The position numbers were made by a program, and so were the translations under genes. This document shows positions 7,872-19,800 of a stretch of 37,601 nt of DNA, piece by piece. The first letter of the stretch is position 1; the number at the start of each line of letters is the position of its first letter. Under the pieces are notes generated by a model. The model worked only from the letters and a program-made list of their open reading frames with translations. It ran no database searches and was not told where the DNA came from. The DNA is taken from NCBI GenBank assembly GCA_964575465.1, contig CAZNSS010000001.1, positions 1 through 37,601 of the forward strand. Reading direction: 5' to 3'. Origin of the DNA: an uncultured Holophagales bacterium (lineage in GTDB: Bacteria > Acidobacteriota > Thermoanaerobaculia > UBA5066).

Positions 7872-10800
7872 GGGAGTCGAATTGCGAACGGTCGTTGAGC
7901 GGACGGAGCCGCGGGGGCGGGAGGGGTGAACACGGGATGCGTCGGCCGTACTCTGGGGCCGGTACGGGCTCCGGAGCGACCTGTGGAGACGGACGTCGGC
8001 CGAGCGACCGCAGGCGTCGTCGCGCGGAGTCCCGACGAGGACGCGACGATGAGTCGCCAGAGGGTGGACGTCCACTGACCAACGGAATCGAAGACGCCCA
8101 CGCCGAGGTAGTACTCGCCCGTCGTCGGTTCTGCCGGAACGCCGAAGGAGAGGGTCCTGTCGAAGGTCGTGGCGCCGCCCTCGACAGGGACCTCGATCCG
8201 GGTCCCGTCGATCCACTCGAGCCAGAGGACGATCCGGTCGAGACCGATGTCGTCCCGCGCCTGGACCGTCACCGGAATCGTCGCCCCCGCCGACACGTTC
8301 CGGGTCGGAATGGAGGCCGACACGGTCGGGGCCGCGTCGGTCGGCGGAACGCTCGCGTTCGGAGCGGCGATCGCAGCAGAGGATCCGACGTCGAGCCTCC
8401 CCTCGAGCAGGTCGGTCGTCGCGAGCCGGGACCGCCCGCCGACGGTGACCGAGTCGAACGACTCGACCCCGACGTAGGTGTCGCCCGGGAGGAGCTGACC
8501 GTCGGCATCCGCGTCGAGCGTGAGGATCCGCGCCGCCACCTCGACGGCGTCGACGAGGAACCGCCCGACGAGCTCCCCGCCGCGACGGACCTCGACGGGT
8601 CGCCCTTCGACACCCGGCCGCCATTGCGACCCTGCCGCCTGAATGCTCCTGCCGGCCACGCTCGAGACGACACCCGAGCCGATCGCCACCAGCTCGGTCG
8701 GGCTCGGCTGCTCGCACCAGCCGCTGTCGAGGATCAGGTGGCCGTCACGATCATCGGGCGATGACACGAAGATCGTCCCGGCGGCCCCGGACGAGTACCA
8801 CTGCGGGCCGCTGGCCGCGGCCAGACCAGGGACGCGGTCCTGAAGCGGGCCTCGGAACGCGATTCGGCCGCCACCGGCCGAGCCTCCCTGTCCGGCCCGG
8901 ATCCAGGGGGTGCCGCCGTGCGCGAAGACGATTCCGGTGCCTCCGATCGATCCCGCCTCGACCGAGACGCTGCCTCCCGCACCGACTCCCCCGCCCTCGC
9001 CGCTCCCGCCCTCGACGTCGATCTCGCCGTCGAGAACGAACTGCCCGCCGACGCGGAGCTGAACAACGCCGCCGCCGGACCCACCGGGCCTGTCGGCGCC
9101 GTCGGCGCCGCCGCCGGCGCCGGGAAGGGAGGGCCTGCGGAGGTTCCCGTAGGGCGGCCCCGGTACGGCCCCCGATCCTGCTTCTCCGCGACCGCCGTAG
9201 CTCCCGCCGGCGCCGGCCTCGGATCCGGGAAGGCCCGGCAGAGTCCGGCCGACCGGCGTGATGTTCGGTCCCTGATAGCCACCGAGGTAGCCACCCCCGC
9301 TCGCGCCCACGCTGCCTCGGAACGCGATGTAGGCGTCTCCCGAGACCTCCAGATCGATCTCGCACGGTTCGTCCAGACCGGGATCGCAGTGGACGAAGGA
9401 GTTCGTGAGGACGACGAGACTCGCGAAACGGTGATGACCGCGGATGACCACCTCGCCGCCGCCGACGACGACGTTCCGGTCGTCGTGGGATACGTCGGTC
9501 GCATCGACGACCGCCCCGGCCTCGAGGAGATCGCCCGTGACGATCCGGACGCTCGACGATGCCGATCCGACGCGGCCGAGGTCGTCCGTCGCTTCGACGC
9601 GGAAACCGACGGCGCTCCCTGCCGTCGCGTCCGTCGGGATCGTGTACTCCGCGTACCGCTCCCCGCCGGGCAGGGTCGCGAACGGCGTCGCTTCGCCCTC
9701 GCGGAAGAAGCGGAGCTGGGAGATCTCGCGCGTGTGCTCCACCTCCGCGGCGAGCGCGACTGTGCCCCCGGCAATCGCCAGCGCGCCGGCGGAGGGCGAC
9801 GCGAGCCGGACGCCCGGCGTCCCGGCCGGAAGGAGCGTGAAGGTCCGCTCAGACCACGACGAGTTCCCCGCGGCGTCGACGGCCTCGACGCGGAAGACGA
9901 GCGGCCGAGGCTCCGTCGTCGCCGGCAGGGGCTCGATTCCGGCCTCGAACGTTCCCTGCCGGGCCGGAACCGCGAGCGAGGCGAACGGGGTCCCGTCGAG
10001 AAGGAACCGCACCTCGACGATCCGGCCGGCGTCACGAACATCGGCGGCGAAGATGCCACCCCTCCCGGAGACGAGGGCCGACTGCGGCGACCTCACGCGC
10101 GAGATGGCCGGCGGCTTCCCGTCGACGACGGAGACGCTCTTCGGGCCCGCCACGGCCATCGCTCCGTTCGAGTCGTCCACTTCGACGGAGACCACGGCCC
10201 CTCCGAGCGCGTCCGGCGGGACCGGAATTCGGATCGTCCGGGTGGTATCGAGCACCTCGCTCGTGGGACTCCCGAGGGTGACGAGACGGGCGTACTCGAA
10301 GGCTCCGGTGATCGACAGCCGCGCCGATCTGAGGCCGAGGTCGTCCGATGCCGCGAGCGAGAGCTCGAGCGTCCCACCGCTCGAGGCCGTGGCCGGCGCG
10401 GAGAGGGACGCCACGGGCGCGTGGTCCACTCCGATCTGCAGGGGCAGGGTCGCGAGACCGTAGAGACCCACCTCGTCGGTGACGCGGACGACGGCCGTCG
10501 CCGCGCCGAGGGCGCCCGCGGGAATCGTGACCGGAGAGAAGGCCCCGGCGTACCGTTTCGGCGAGCCCGCGATGGCGATCGTCTCGCTGAACGTCATCGC
10601 GCCCGAGACCTCCAGCGTCGCGGTCGCCGCTCCTCGGACCGCGACGGCCTCGAGCGACACGAGGAACGACGATCCGGATTCGTATGGACCCGCCGGCTCG
10701 AGGATCAGGCCGACGCGGGGGGAGGCACTCGTCAGTACGAAGACCGGGGCCGGGTCGGCGGCCCCCTCGAGGCCCTGATCGTCTACCGCCGTCGCCGTGA

Positions 10801-13800
10801 GCGGGAGGACCTGGTCTTCCGCCACCGCCGGAACGGGAACGCTGACCGAGCGGACCCCGACGGACGGATTCGGGACGCTCGACCGGCTCGCCCCGAGCGC
10901 GACGTCGAGCCGGCTCACCGGACCGTCGTCGTTCACCGAGACCGAGGCCGGAAGGGTCTCTCCCGCGACGACGATGGTGTCACCGGACGGCGACGGATCG
11001 AGGAGAGTGACAGTGGGCGGGCCGTTCTGCGGAGCCACGACCTCACGGACGATCGCAACGGCAGGGCCGCTCCGTCCCGCTCCGTCGATCGCGGTGACGT
11101 CGATCGTCATCGCGCCGCGGGCCCCCCTCGGGATGACGAAGGACGGGAAGGAGCCGGAGAAGGGCCGGGCCGTAGCGAGTGCGGAGAGGCCGGTCGGGGC
11201 CGCTGACGGGAACGGGCCGGTCGCGGTCGCCTCCCAGTTCATCGCTCCCGTCACCCGGAGCTGCACCCGCGCGTTCGTGGGATCGCGGAAGAGCCCGGTG
11301 AATCCGACGACGACGGACGCCCCGGCGCCCACCGGCGAAGGAACGTTCACGGAAGAGGTCACTCGCGGGTTCGAGTCCGCGAGGAGCGTCATGGAGACCG
11401 GGGCCGAGGAGACCGTCGCGCCCGACGCGTCCTCCACCGTGGCGAGCAGGCTCCCCGCCTCGTCGGACGAGACCGCCGGGACCGGGAGCGCGACGGAGAA
11501 GCTCGGCCCCGCGAGTCCGGTGAACTCAGAAGTCGCCGCACCAAGAGCGAGCGTCAACTTCCGGAGCGGCCGCGAGTCGGAGAGCTGCAGCCTCACGGGT
11601 TCGCTCGTCCCTCCGATCAACACCGCTCCCGAAGCCGGTTCCACGATGGACACCGTCATCGGCGGCGGGGCAAGGACCGTGATCGGGATCGACGTCGAGG
11701 CGCTCTGCCCGGTGCTGTCGAGGACCGTCGCTTCGAGGAGGAGCGACGTCGTCGACGACACCCAGGGGGCCGTCACGACGCCGGAGGTCGCCGTCGGGCC
11801 CGGAATGTCGGTCGTCGAGCCTCCCAGCCGGAGCGTGACCCGCACGACCGGGTGGTCGTCCGCGGCCCCGTACGTGACCGCGATCGAGGAGCCGGATGCG
11901 AAGGACGCGCCAGGAGCGGGAGAGGTGATCGCGATTCTCGGCGCCGCGTCGCGGATCGGGTCCGCGCTCTGCAGCATCGCTCCCCCCGCCACCTCGACCG
12001 AATCGAACTGGTAGACCCCCTGCCAGAGATCTCCCGCCTGAAGGGCGATCGTCTCGGCCCCGTTCGGCTCCAGCATCACCGTCCGGCCCGCGATCGTCTC
12101 GATCCGCCATGTCCCGAGCAGCGCGCCGCCCCGCGACACCTCGACCCGGTGACCCACGAAGAAGGCCGGGATCGCCGTGCCGCGGTCCGTCACCAGCGTC
12201 ACCCCGCTCGTTCCGACCTGCGCCGTCCCGCTCCCGAGGCTCGGCAGGACCGTCGCCTGTCCCGTCGTCCCGAGGTTATTCACCCGCAGCGTGCCGTATG
12301 TCGCCCCAGGGCCCTTCTCGAAGACCGTGCCCGCTCCGCCGTTCTCGGCGGCCACGCCTCCTCCGCCGCCGCCCCGTGCGTTCATCCTCGAGAGTGCCGT
12401 TCCGGTTGCCCCGGCGTACTCGAGCGCGACGGCTCCGCCTCCGCCCCGGGCCCCCGGTCCGCCCCCGCCGGCCTCGATGAGCCCGTCCCCCGTGATCGAG
12501 GACGTCGTGATCCAGATCGACCCGCCCGCCCCGGCCTGCCACCCGTAGGCACTCCCGTTCGAGATGATCGACGCCGTGGTGCCACCGAAGGCGAGCGTTC
12601 CGGACCGGATTCTCACGACGCCGCCGCCGCTCGCGGAGCCGTTCGCTCCCCTTCCTCCGCCACCGGCCTCCTTCGGCGACCCGACGCTTCCGTAGGTCGT
12701 TCCGCGGCTCCCCCACTCGTAGGCACCACCCGTCCCGAGGTGACTCCCCCCTCCGGCCAGCGGGAGCACCGCTCCGGGGTAGGCCGCGTCGGCCGGGTAA
12801 CCACGTCCCGTCACGTCGATCGAACCGCCCTCCTCGATGGTCAGCGTGCCGCTCACCTTCAGGTCGAGATCGCGGATTCCCGCCGCTGTCGAGCTCGGGT
12901 GACTCAGCGTCGCTCCCGACTTCACCGTCAGGTCCGTCGCCGTGATCGCGGAAACCTGGACCCGTCCCGCGACAGAGACCGTCTCTGCGTTCAGCGGTGA
13001 GAGACTCTCGGTCACGCCCCCGCTCGCCGTCGGTCCAGCCAGCCCGAGGGACGGAGTCCGTATCGGGTCGAGGCTCTGAAGACGTGAGGCCCCTGCGACC
13101 TCGACGGCGTCGAATCGATAGGCGCCCTGCCAGAGGTCTCCTGCCTGAAGCGCGATAGGCCCCGCCCCGCCGGGCTCGAGCGTGACCGTCCGGTCCGAGA
13201 TCGTCGCAATTCGCCACGTCCCGAGCAGGATCCCGCCCCGCGTGACTTCGACCTCGTGACCCTTGAAGAACGCCGGGATCGCGATCCCGCGGTCCGTCAC
13301 CAGCGTCGCGCCGCTCGACCCGGGCTGCGCCGTCCCGCTCCCGAGGCTCGGCAGGACCGTCGCCTGCCCCGTCGTCCCGCCGTTGTCTATTCGCAGCACC
13401 CCATACGCCGTCCCCGGTCCTCTCAGCAGGACTGTGCCGGCGCCACCGTTGTCGCCCGCGAGTCCGCCACCGCCGCCTTTCGCGTTCGCCCTCGTCAGAG
13501 CTGTCCCCGTCGCCGTGCCGTACTCGATCGCGACCGCTCCGCCACCGCCCCTCTCGACCGTTCCGCCGCTCGAGGCCTCGATCAGCCCATTGCCCTGGAT
13601 CGACGAGGCCGTGATCCAGATCGATCCGCCGCCCCCCGCCTGCCATCCGTCCACGCTCCCGTTCGCGAGGATCGACGCCGTTGGTCCCCCGAGGGAGAGC
13701 GTTCCCGCCTGGATCCTCACGACGCCGCCGCCGCTGCTGGAACCGTTCGCGCCCAGGCCTCCGCCCCCCGCCTCCTGCGGCTCCTTCACGCTTCCGAACG

Positions 13801-16800
13801 TCGACCCTCGCACGCCTCCTCCGTACGCCCCACCGGTCCCGACGTGGCTTCCCCCTCCGCCCATCGGGGCAACCTCCCCCGGGTACGTTCCTCCCTCGGG
13901 ATAGCCGCGTCCCGTCACGTCGATCGACCCACCGCACTCGACGAACAGAGGTCCGGTCACCGTCAGGGTGAGCCTTCGGGCGCCACCGGGGGAGTGAGCG
14001 ACGGACGCGCCACGGAGAACGAGGAGGCCGGCAAACGTCCTCGGCTCGTCGAGGACGAGCGTGCCGGAGGCGAGGAAGGCCGTCCGGGTCTCCAGGGCCT
14101 GCCAGTCATTCGGTCCCGCGGCCGAGACCGGGACCGCCGGAACGACCGTGACTTCCGTCTCCGAGTCGGCGGAGACGTTCCCCCCGAAGTCCCAGGCACG
14201 AACGCGAAGACGAACGGGCGTCGGCTCCGCAACCTCGGGGAGGACGATCCCCGGCGTGAGGGTCTCGAAGGTCCGAGTCGATCCGGACGACGCCTCAACG
14301 ACTGCGGTCGGGGTCGCGTCTCCGTCCCGGAAGACCTCGACTCGCTGAACTCCCTGGTCGTCGGACGCGGCGGCCTGGACCCTGAAGCTCGAGTAGCCGG
14401 AGGGAAGAAGGGCTCCGGGCGACGGACAGTCGATGGACACCGACGGCGGGACCACGTCCGCCCTCGGGCTGACGGAGATCGACCTCGAAGCAGTCCTCGC
14501 GTTGCCCGCCAGGTCCATCGCGGTCACCGTGATGGTGAACGTCGAGGCCGTCGCTGCGGGAGGAGCGATCCAGACGAGGGTTGCAGGAGAGGTCTCGGAT
14601 TCCGCCGTCCGCCCGCCGACCTCGATCCGGATCCGCGAGACCTGCACGTCGTCCGTGGCGCGGGCGGTGATGGCGACGACGTCGCCAGCGACGTACAAGT
14701 CCCCGGGGCGCATCGGCGACAGGTCGACGGCCGTGATGACGGGCGGCGTCACGTCGCCGACGACGTTCCACGTCGCCGTTCTTTCGGAGATTCGTCCGGC
14801 GCGGTCGATCGTCCGCACCGCGTAGGTGACGGGCCCGGGCGGCTGGTTGGCGGGGACCACGAGGTGAATCGGCACGGGAGAGGAGGTGACCTCGGTCGGC
14901 TCGACGAACGTTCGGGTCGACTTCGAGCCCGTGACGGACCACGTCTCCTCGACCTTCGAGATGCCGAGCGGATCGGTGATGCGGAAACGGACGTCGACCG
15001 CGCCGGCCTGCGCGACGGCCGAGCCGGGGGCGGGAACCGTGCCGGCGAAATCGACGGCAGGCAGCTCGCCAAGGAGGACGCGAGAGTCGGCGGCGATCGC
15101 GAGGGCCGCCCTGTCGTTCAGGATGCCGCCGACCTCGAGCTCGTCGCCGGAGGAGACGCGAACTGCCCCCGTCGCCTCGAAGGCTGCGAAGCGGAGCCTT
15201 GCCTTCGCCGTGACCGCTCCGCCAGCCGCAAGTGCGGCAGCGGTGGCGTCGAGATCTCCGGCCGGTGCGTCGACCGTGAGAACGAGAACCTGGTCCGGAG
15301 AACCGACGGAGCCCGACACACGTACTTCCGTCGCGACCGGGAAGACGGCTGTCGTCGTGCTCCCGTCTCCAGCCGGCAACGTCGTGACGACGACGCTCTC
15401 TCCCTCGATCGATCCCGCCGCGTCCGCGGCACGGACGGTCAGGGTGCGGGAGGCGCTGTCGATCGCCGTGACGATCGCCGTTCCGAGGCCGGGGAGCGGC
15501 GTCACCGCCGGCGGGTACGTCGAGGCCGGGTTCGAGATCCGCAGGGTCCCCCGGTCGACGGGGACGCCGCCTGCGCCGAGCCGTTCGAGGAAGACGGTTC
15601 CGGCCCCCGCGAGCGGCGTCGGGTTCGGCTCGCCGTATCGATAGAAGGGAGAGGGCGCTCCTTCGGCGCGAACCGATATCCCCGGGCTCTGCGGCTCGCC
15701 CCACGAGACGGCCACACGGCCGCCACCGCCCCCGGGGCGGGAGGTGCCGTAGACCGTGAAGGAGCCGTTCGCGTGAACGCTGCCACGTCCCTCGATGCGC
15801 CCCGCGCGCAGCCGCACCGAGCCTCCCGCCGCGCCGACCGAGCTGCCGCCCGGGACCGGCCCCCCGTCCGCCGCGAGGTCTCCGAAGAGCCGAACGATCG
15901 CAGAAGAGGCATCGATACGGACGACGCCTCCCCCACTCGCTCCGGCGCGCCCGGCTCCGCCGCCCGGCAGGCGCGGTTCGCGCACACTGCCGTAGACGCT
16001 TCCCGGGGCGCTGAGGAGAGTCACCCAGTCGCCCTCGACCGGATGCCCCCTGCCACCGTGAGAGCCCGCGCTTCCAGGGGCTGACGCCCGTTCTCCCGGC
16101 AGGACGACCGGGTCGCGAGAGCCGTCTCCCCCGAGGAGGCCGTGTCCCGTGACGTCGATCGCGGCCCCGTGCGCGATCGCGAGCGTTCCGCCGATCGCGA
16201 GCTCGAGCGGGTAGAACGGGACGAGCGAGCCGCGGGTGGTGACCTCGGGTGATGTGAGGATCGTCCGGCGGACGGTCACCGTCGACTCGGCGCCAGCCGA
16301 CCAGGTACCGCCGGAATAGAGGTGCAGGCCCTCGAACGAGCGTTCGCCGCCGGCGGCCGGTGGATAGAGGCTGAGGGTCGACCCGTCGAGGAGGAAGACC
16401 GGAAGGGCCTCGGCGCCCTCGGGCATCGGGACGTCCGAGCCGGAGTCGATGGAGGTCGTCGCCGACTCGTAGACGTGCCGCGCCGGCACCGCGACGAGGG
16501 TCGCGGTCCGGACCATGCGGTTCGCGCCGGCGTCGACGACCTCGACTTCGAACGGCAGCGACGTCCCCGCCGGCACGCCGTTCGGCACTCGCCAGGCCGC
16601 CTCGTAGACCCACTCGCCGGCGGACCCCGAGAGAAGCACGGCGGGAATCGAGTCGGCAGCGATGCTCCCGGTCGCATCGACCGGGCCGCGCACCCGAACG
16701 TTCACGTAGGAACCCGGAATCGTGTGGCCTCCGGCGTCGACGTCGCTGTCCGTGATACGGACCCTGAGGAGGAGATCGACCCCGCTCTTTCCGGCGTCGA

Positions 16801-19800
16801 CGGAGATGTAGCCGGCGGGCCAGAGCGCCCCCTCGAACGGCGAGAGCCACTCCGCCACCGGGCGGTTCGGGTCGCTGCCGGGGGCCGCCTCGAGCGTCGT
16901 CGTCCTGGTCGCCTGGTTGCCGCCGTGATCGTCTGCCGTCGCCGTGACGCCGATCGTGACCGGGACCGTCAGGCTGCCCGGGACCGTGACGGCGGCGGTC
17001 CGGAAGACGTCCGTCGTCGCGACCCGGACGGCGTCGAGGGCCGCGGGGAAGACACCCCCCGCCGTCGCGATCGCCACGGAACGGATCGCCGTCTCGGCGT
17101 CTCGGGCACGTACCTCGAGGACGAACGAGTCACCGATGACGAACGAGGTCGCCGTCGAGCCGTCTGGCCGGCGGGCGACGAGATCCGAGAGGACCGGGGT
17201 CCCAGCGTCGTCGGCCACCGCGAAGGTCGCTTCGCGAACGCCTGTCGCGCCCTTCCCATCCGTGACTCGCGCGACGACGGACAGCGTCGACCCTTCGGCT
17301 TCGGTGAGCGGGACGGTGAAGGAGAGGACCTGAGGAGCGAGCGCGGACCAGCCTCCGGCGGGGCGCTCGAGAGTTCGCGCCGGCGCGGAAGCGAGGATGG
17401 TCCCCTGCGGCCCACCGCGCCGCAGCTCCGCCAAGAGCGTGAGGCGGGCGTCGTCGGCGTCGGCAATGCCTGCCGCTGTCGCCGACACGGTGGACCCCGC
17501 GTAGAAGACGCCCACGACGGGACCGCTCGCGGATGCCGTGACTCCGGCGATCGTCGGAGGGGCGTTCGGCAGGACCCGCATCTCGAGCCTCGCGACACCG
17601 CTCGCGTTGCCGCTCGTGTCGAACGCCCTGGCCCAGACCGGGAACGGCCGGGGAGCCACGCCGTCGCCCGTGTAGGCCGCGACGAAACCGTAGCGGAACG
17701 GCGCGACTCTCACGATGGCGCTCGGCACCGGCTCCGGCTGGGTCGGCTCCGCGGCGCTCGCGAAGGAGAACTCGACCCTGTCGAGGTCCCCGAATGCGCT
17801 TTCCGGCGTGACGTCGTCGAGGTTGCCGAACGACGGCGAGAGCTCGTAGCGCGCGGCGGCCACGAGGTCACCCGTGGGGGCGTTTGGCGGCAGGTCGATC
17901 GAAAGGACCGGCGCGTTCCGGTCGTAGATCCGGTATTCGCCAACCCACTCCGGCATCGGGTTCCCGGCCACGTCGGTGAGCCCCGTGACCACGAGCCGGC
18001 GCCGGAGGGAATCGTCCGTGAACGTCACCCCCTGAGGCTGCGCGACGAGGATTGAGTAGCCCCCGCGAGTCAGCGACGTCGCGACCGGGAAGTCGGCCCA
18101 CGTCCCGGCGCCATTCCGCCACTCGAAACGGACCGCGGCCTCGAGCTGGGCCGATGTCAGGGCGAGGATCTCCCCGAAATCGACGCGGACCTGGGCCTCG
18201 GGGTCGACGGGCCGGGCCAGTGATGGAACGGTCGCGACGACGCGCGGGCCGTCGGTGTCCGAGGTGGTGAAGCTCGAACCGACGTCACCCGAATCGGTGA
18301 GCGAACGCCCCTCGCGGTCGCGGACTCCGCCGGACCCGCCCACCATGGCGAGCATGTAGGTCGTGGAGTTCTCGTACCTCGGGCTCGGCGTGAACCTCAC
18401 CACCTGCCGGCCCGCGCCGTCGAGCGATGACGACCAGGTCCCCGTGGCCTGCGCGCTCGAGAACGAGAGCCGGAAGGTGCTCGACGTCGGTCCGGACGGC
18501 AGGACGGCCGTGGCCAGCGGCTCGGAGAAGACGATCTCCACGGGGGCCGTCCTCGAGACCAGAGACTGGCCGTTCGGAGGGGTGACGGAGACGATGCGCG
18601 GACGCGAGCCGTCGAGGACCACGGGCGGGAGCGCGTAGTCCGTTCCGTGGGCGCTCCCGAGCGTCCCTGCCGCGGTCGCCACCCGTTCTCCGTCGAGGCT
18701 CCGGGCCTCGAGGGTGTACGGCCCTGCGGCGAGGCCAGAGAAGCGGAAAGCGCCGTCGCCCGACGTGACGAGGAGCTGCTCGTCTCCCGTCGAGGGGCGG
18801 ATGCGGACGAAGATTCCGCCGGCCGGCGGCAGACTCGCGGGGTCGCCGCTCCAGGCGTCGCCCCCGGGCGCCTCGTGGACCGTTCCGTGAGCCGAGACGA
18901 CGGGAGAGAGGGTGAGGGTGACGTCGAGGACCTCGTCGTCCCACCGGAGAGTCCGCGAGATCGACGCTCCGAGCGGCGTACCCGGCACGGAGGCCGAGAC
19001 CGATACCTGGCCTTCCTCGACTGCGGTGAAAACGGCACGCCCGGCGGCGTCTGCCGCGCCCTCCCAGGTCCCGTTCGGGGCGTGCACGCGCACGTTGGCG
19101 CCGCCGGCCGCCACCCCGCCGGCGTCGCGCACCGCGACCCTTACGGTTCCGCGGGCGAGGAGGGTGATTCGGTACGGGTCCGCGCTCGCCCCCGTGCCCG
19201 AGGCGAGCGCGCTCGACGTGACGAACGCACGGCGCTGCTCGCCGCTCGACTCGAGCGCCCGCACCCAGAAGCTCCTCGACGCCAGGACGTCCCGGAACCG
19301 GTAGGCGTGGCCCGGGTACGGAACGTCCGGCGCGAGGCGGCTCGTGAGCGGTATCGGCTCCCCCGAGTAGATGTCGACGTGGCGTCCGTACGAGATCGCG
19401 AAGACTCCATCGCCCCTGACGGGATCGGGATCGACCTCCACGAGACCGCGCGACTGCTCCTTGCTGAAGAGACGGACCCAGACGTCGCGGATCGGTTCGA
19501 GGACGAGGGCCACTTGCGCCTCGGGGGCGGTCGGCGTCAGGACCACGTTCTCGCCGGCCTGCCGGTCGCTTCCCTCGACACCGGCCGAAAGAGCGTACGT
19601 GGCGACGGGAAGACCGTCGAAGGCGAAGGTGCCGCTCGAGCCCGGCTCGCGGCTCGTGCTCGCGAGGGCGGTTACGCCGGCTCCCCAGAGCCTCCCGTTC
19701 ACCGTCCCCTCGAGGCGGACCGTTCCGCCGCCGACAGGGACCGTCCTGGTGGCATCGTCGAACAGGACACCGGAGACTCGCCCTCTCTGGTCGAGGAGGA

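Noticed and set aside
7872-8717. N-terminal extension of track ORF 7011..8717 (568 aa)
   Set aside because: The extension lies inside the 5785-aa gene in another frame and is R/G-rich. A canonical signal peptide begins exactly at the internal ATG 7871, which overlaps the giant gene's stop.
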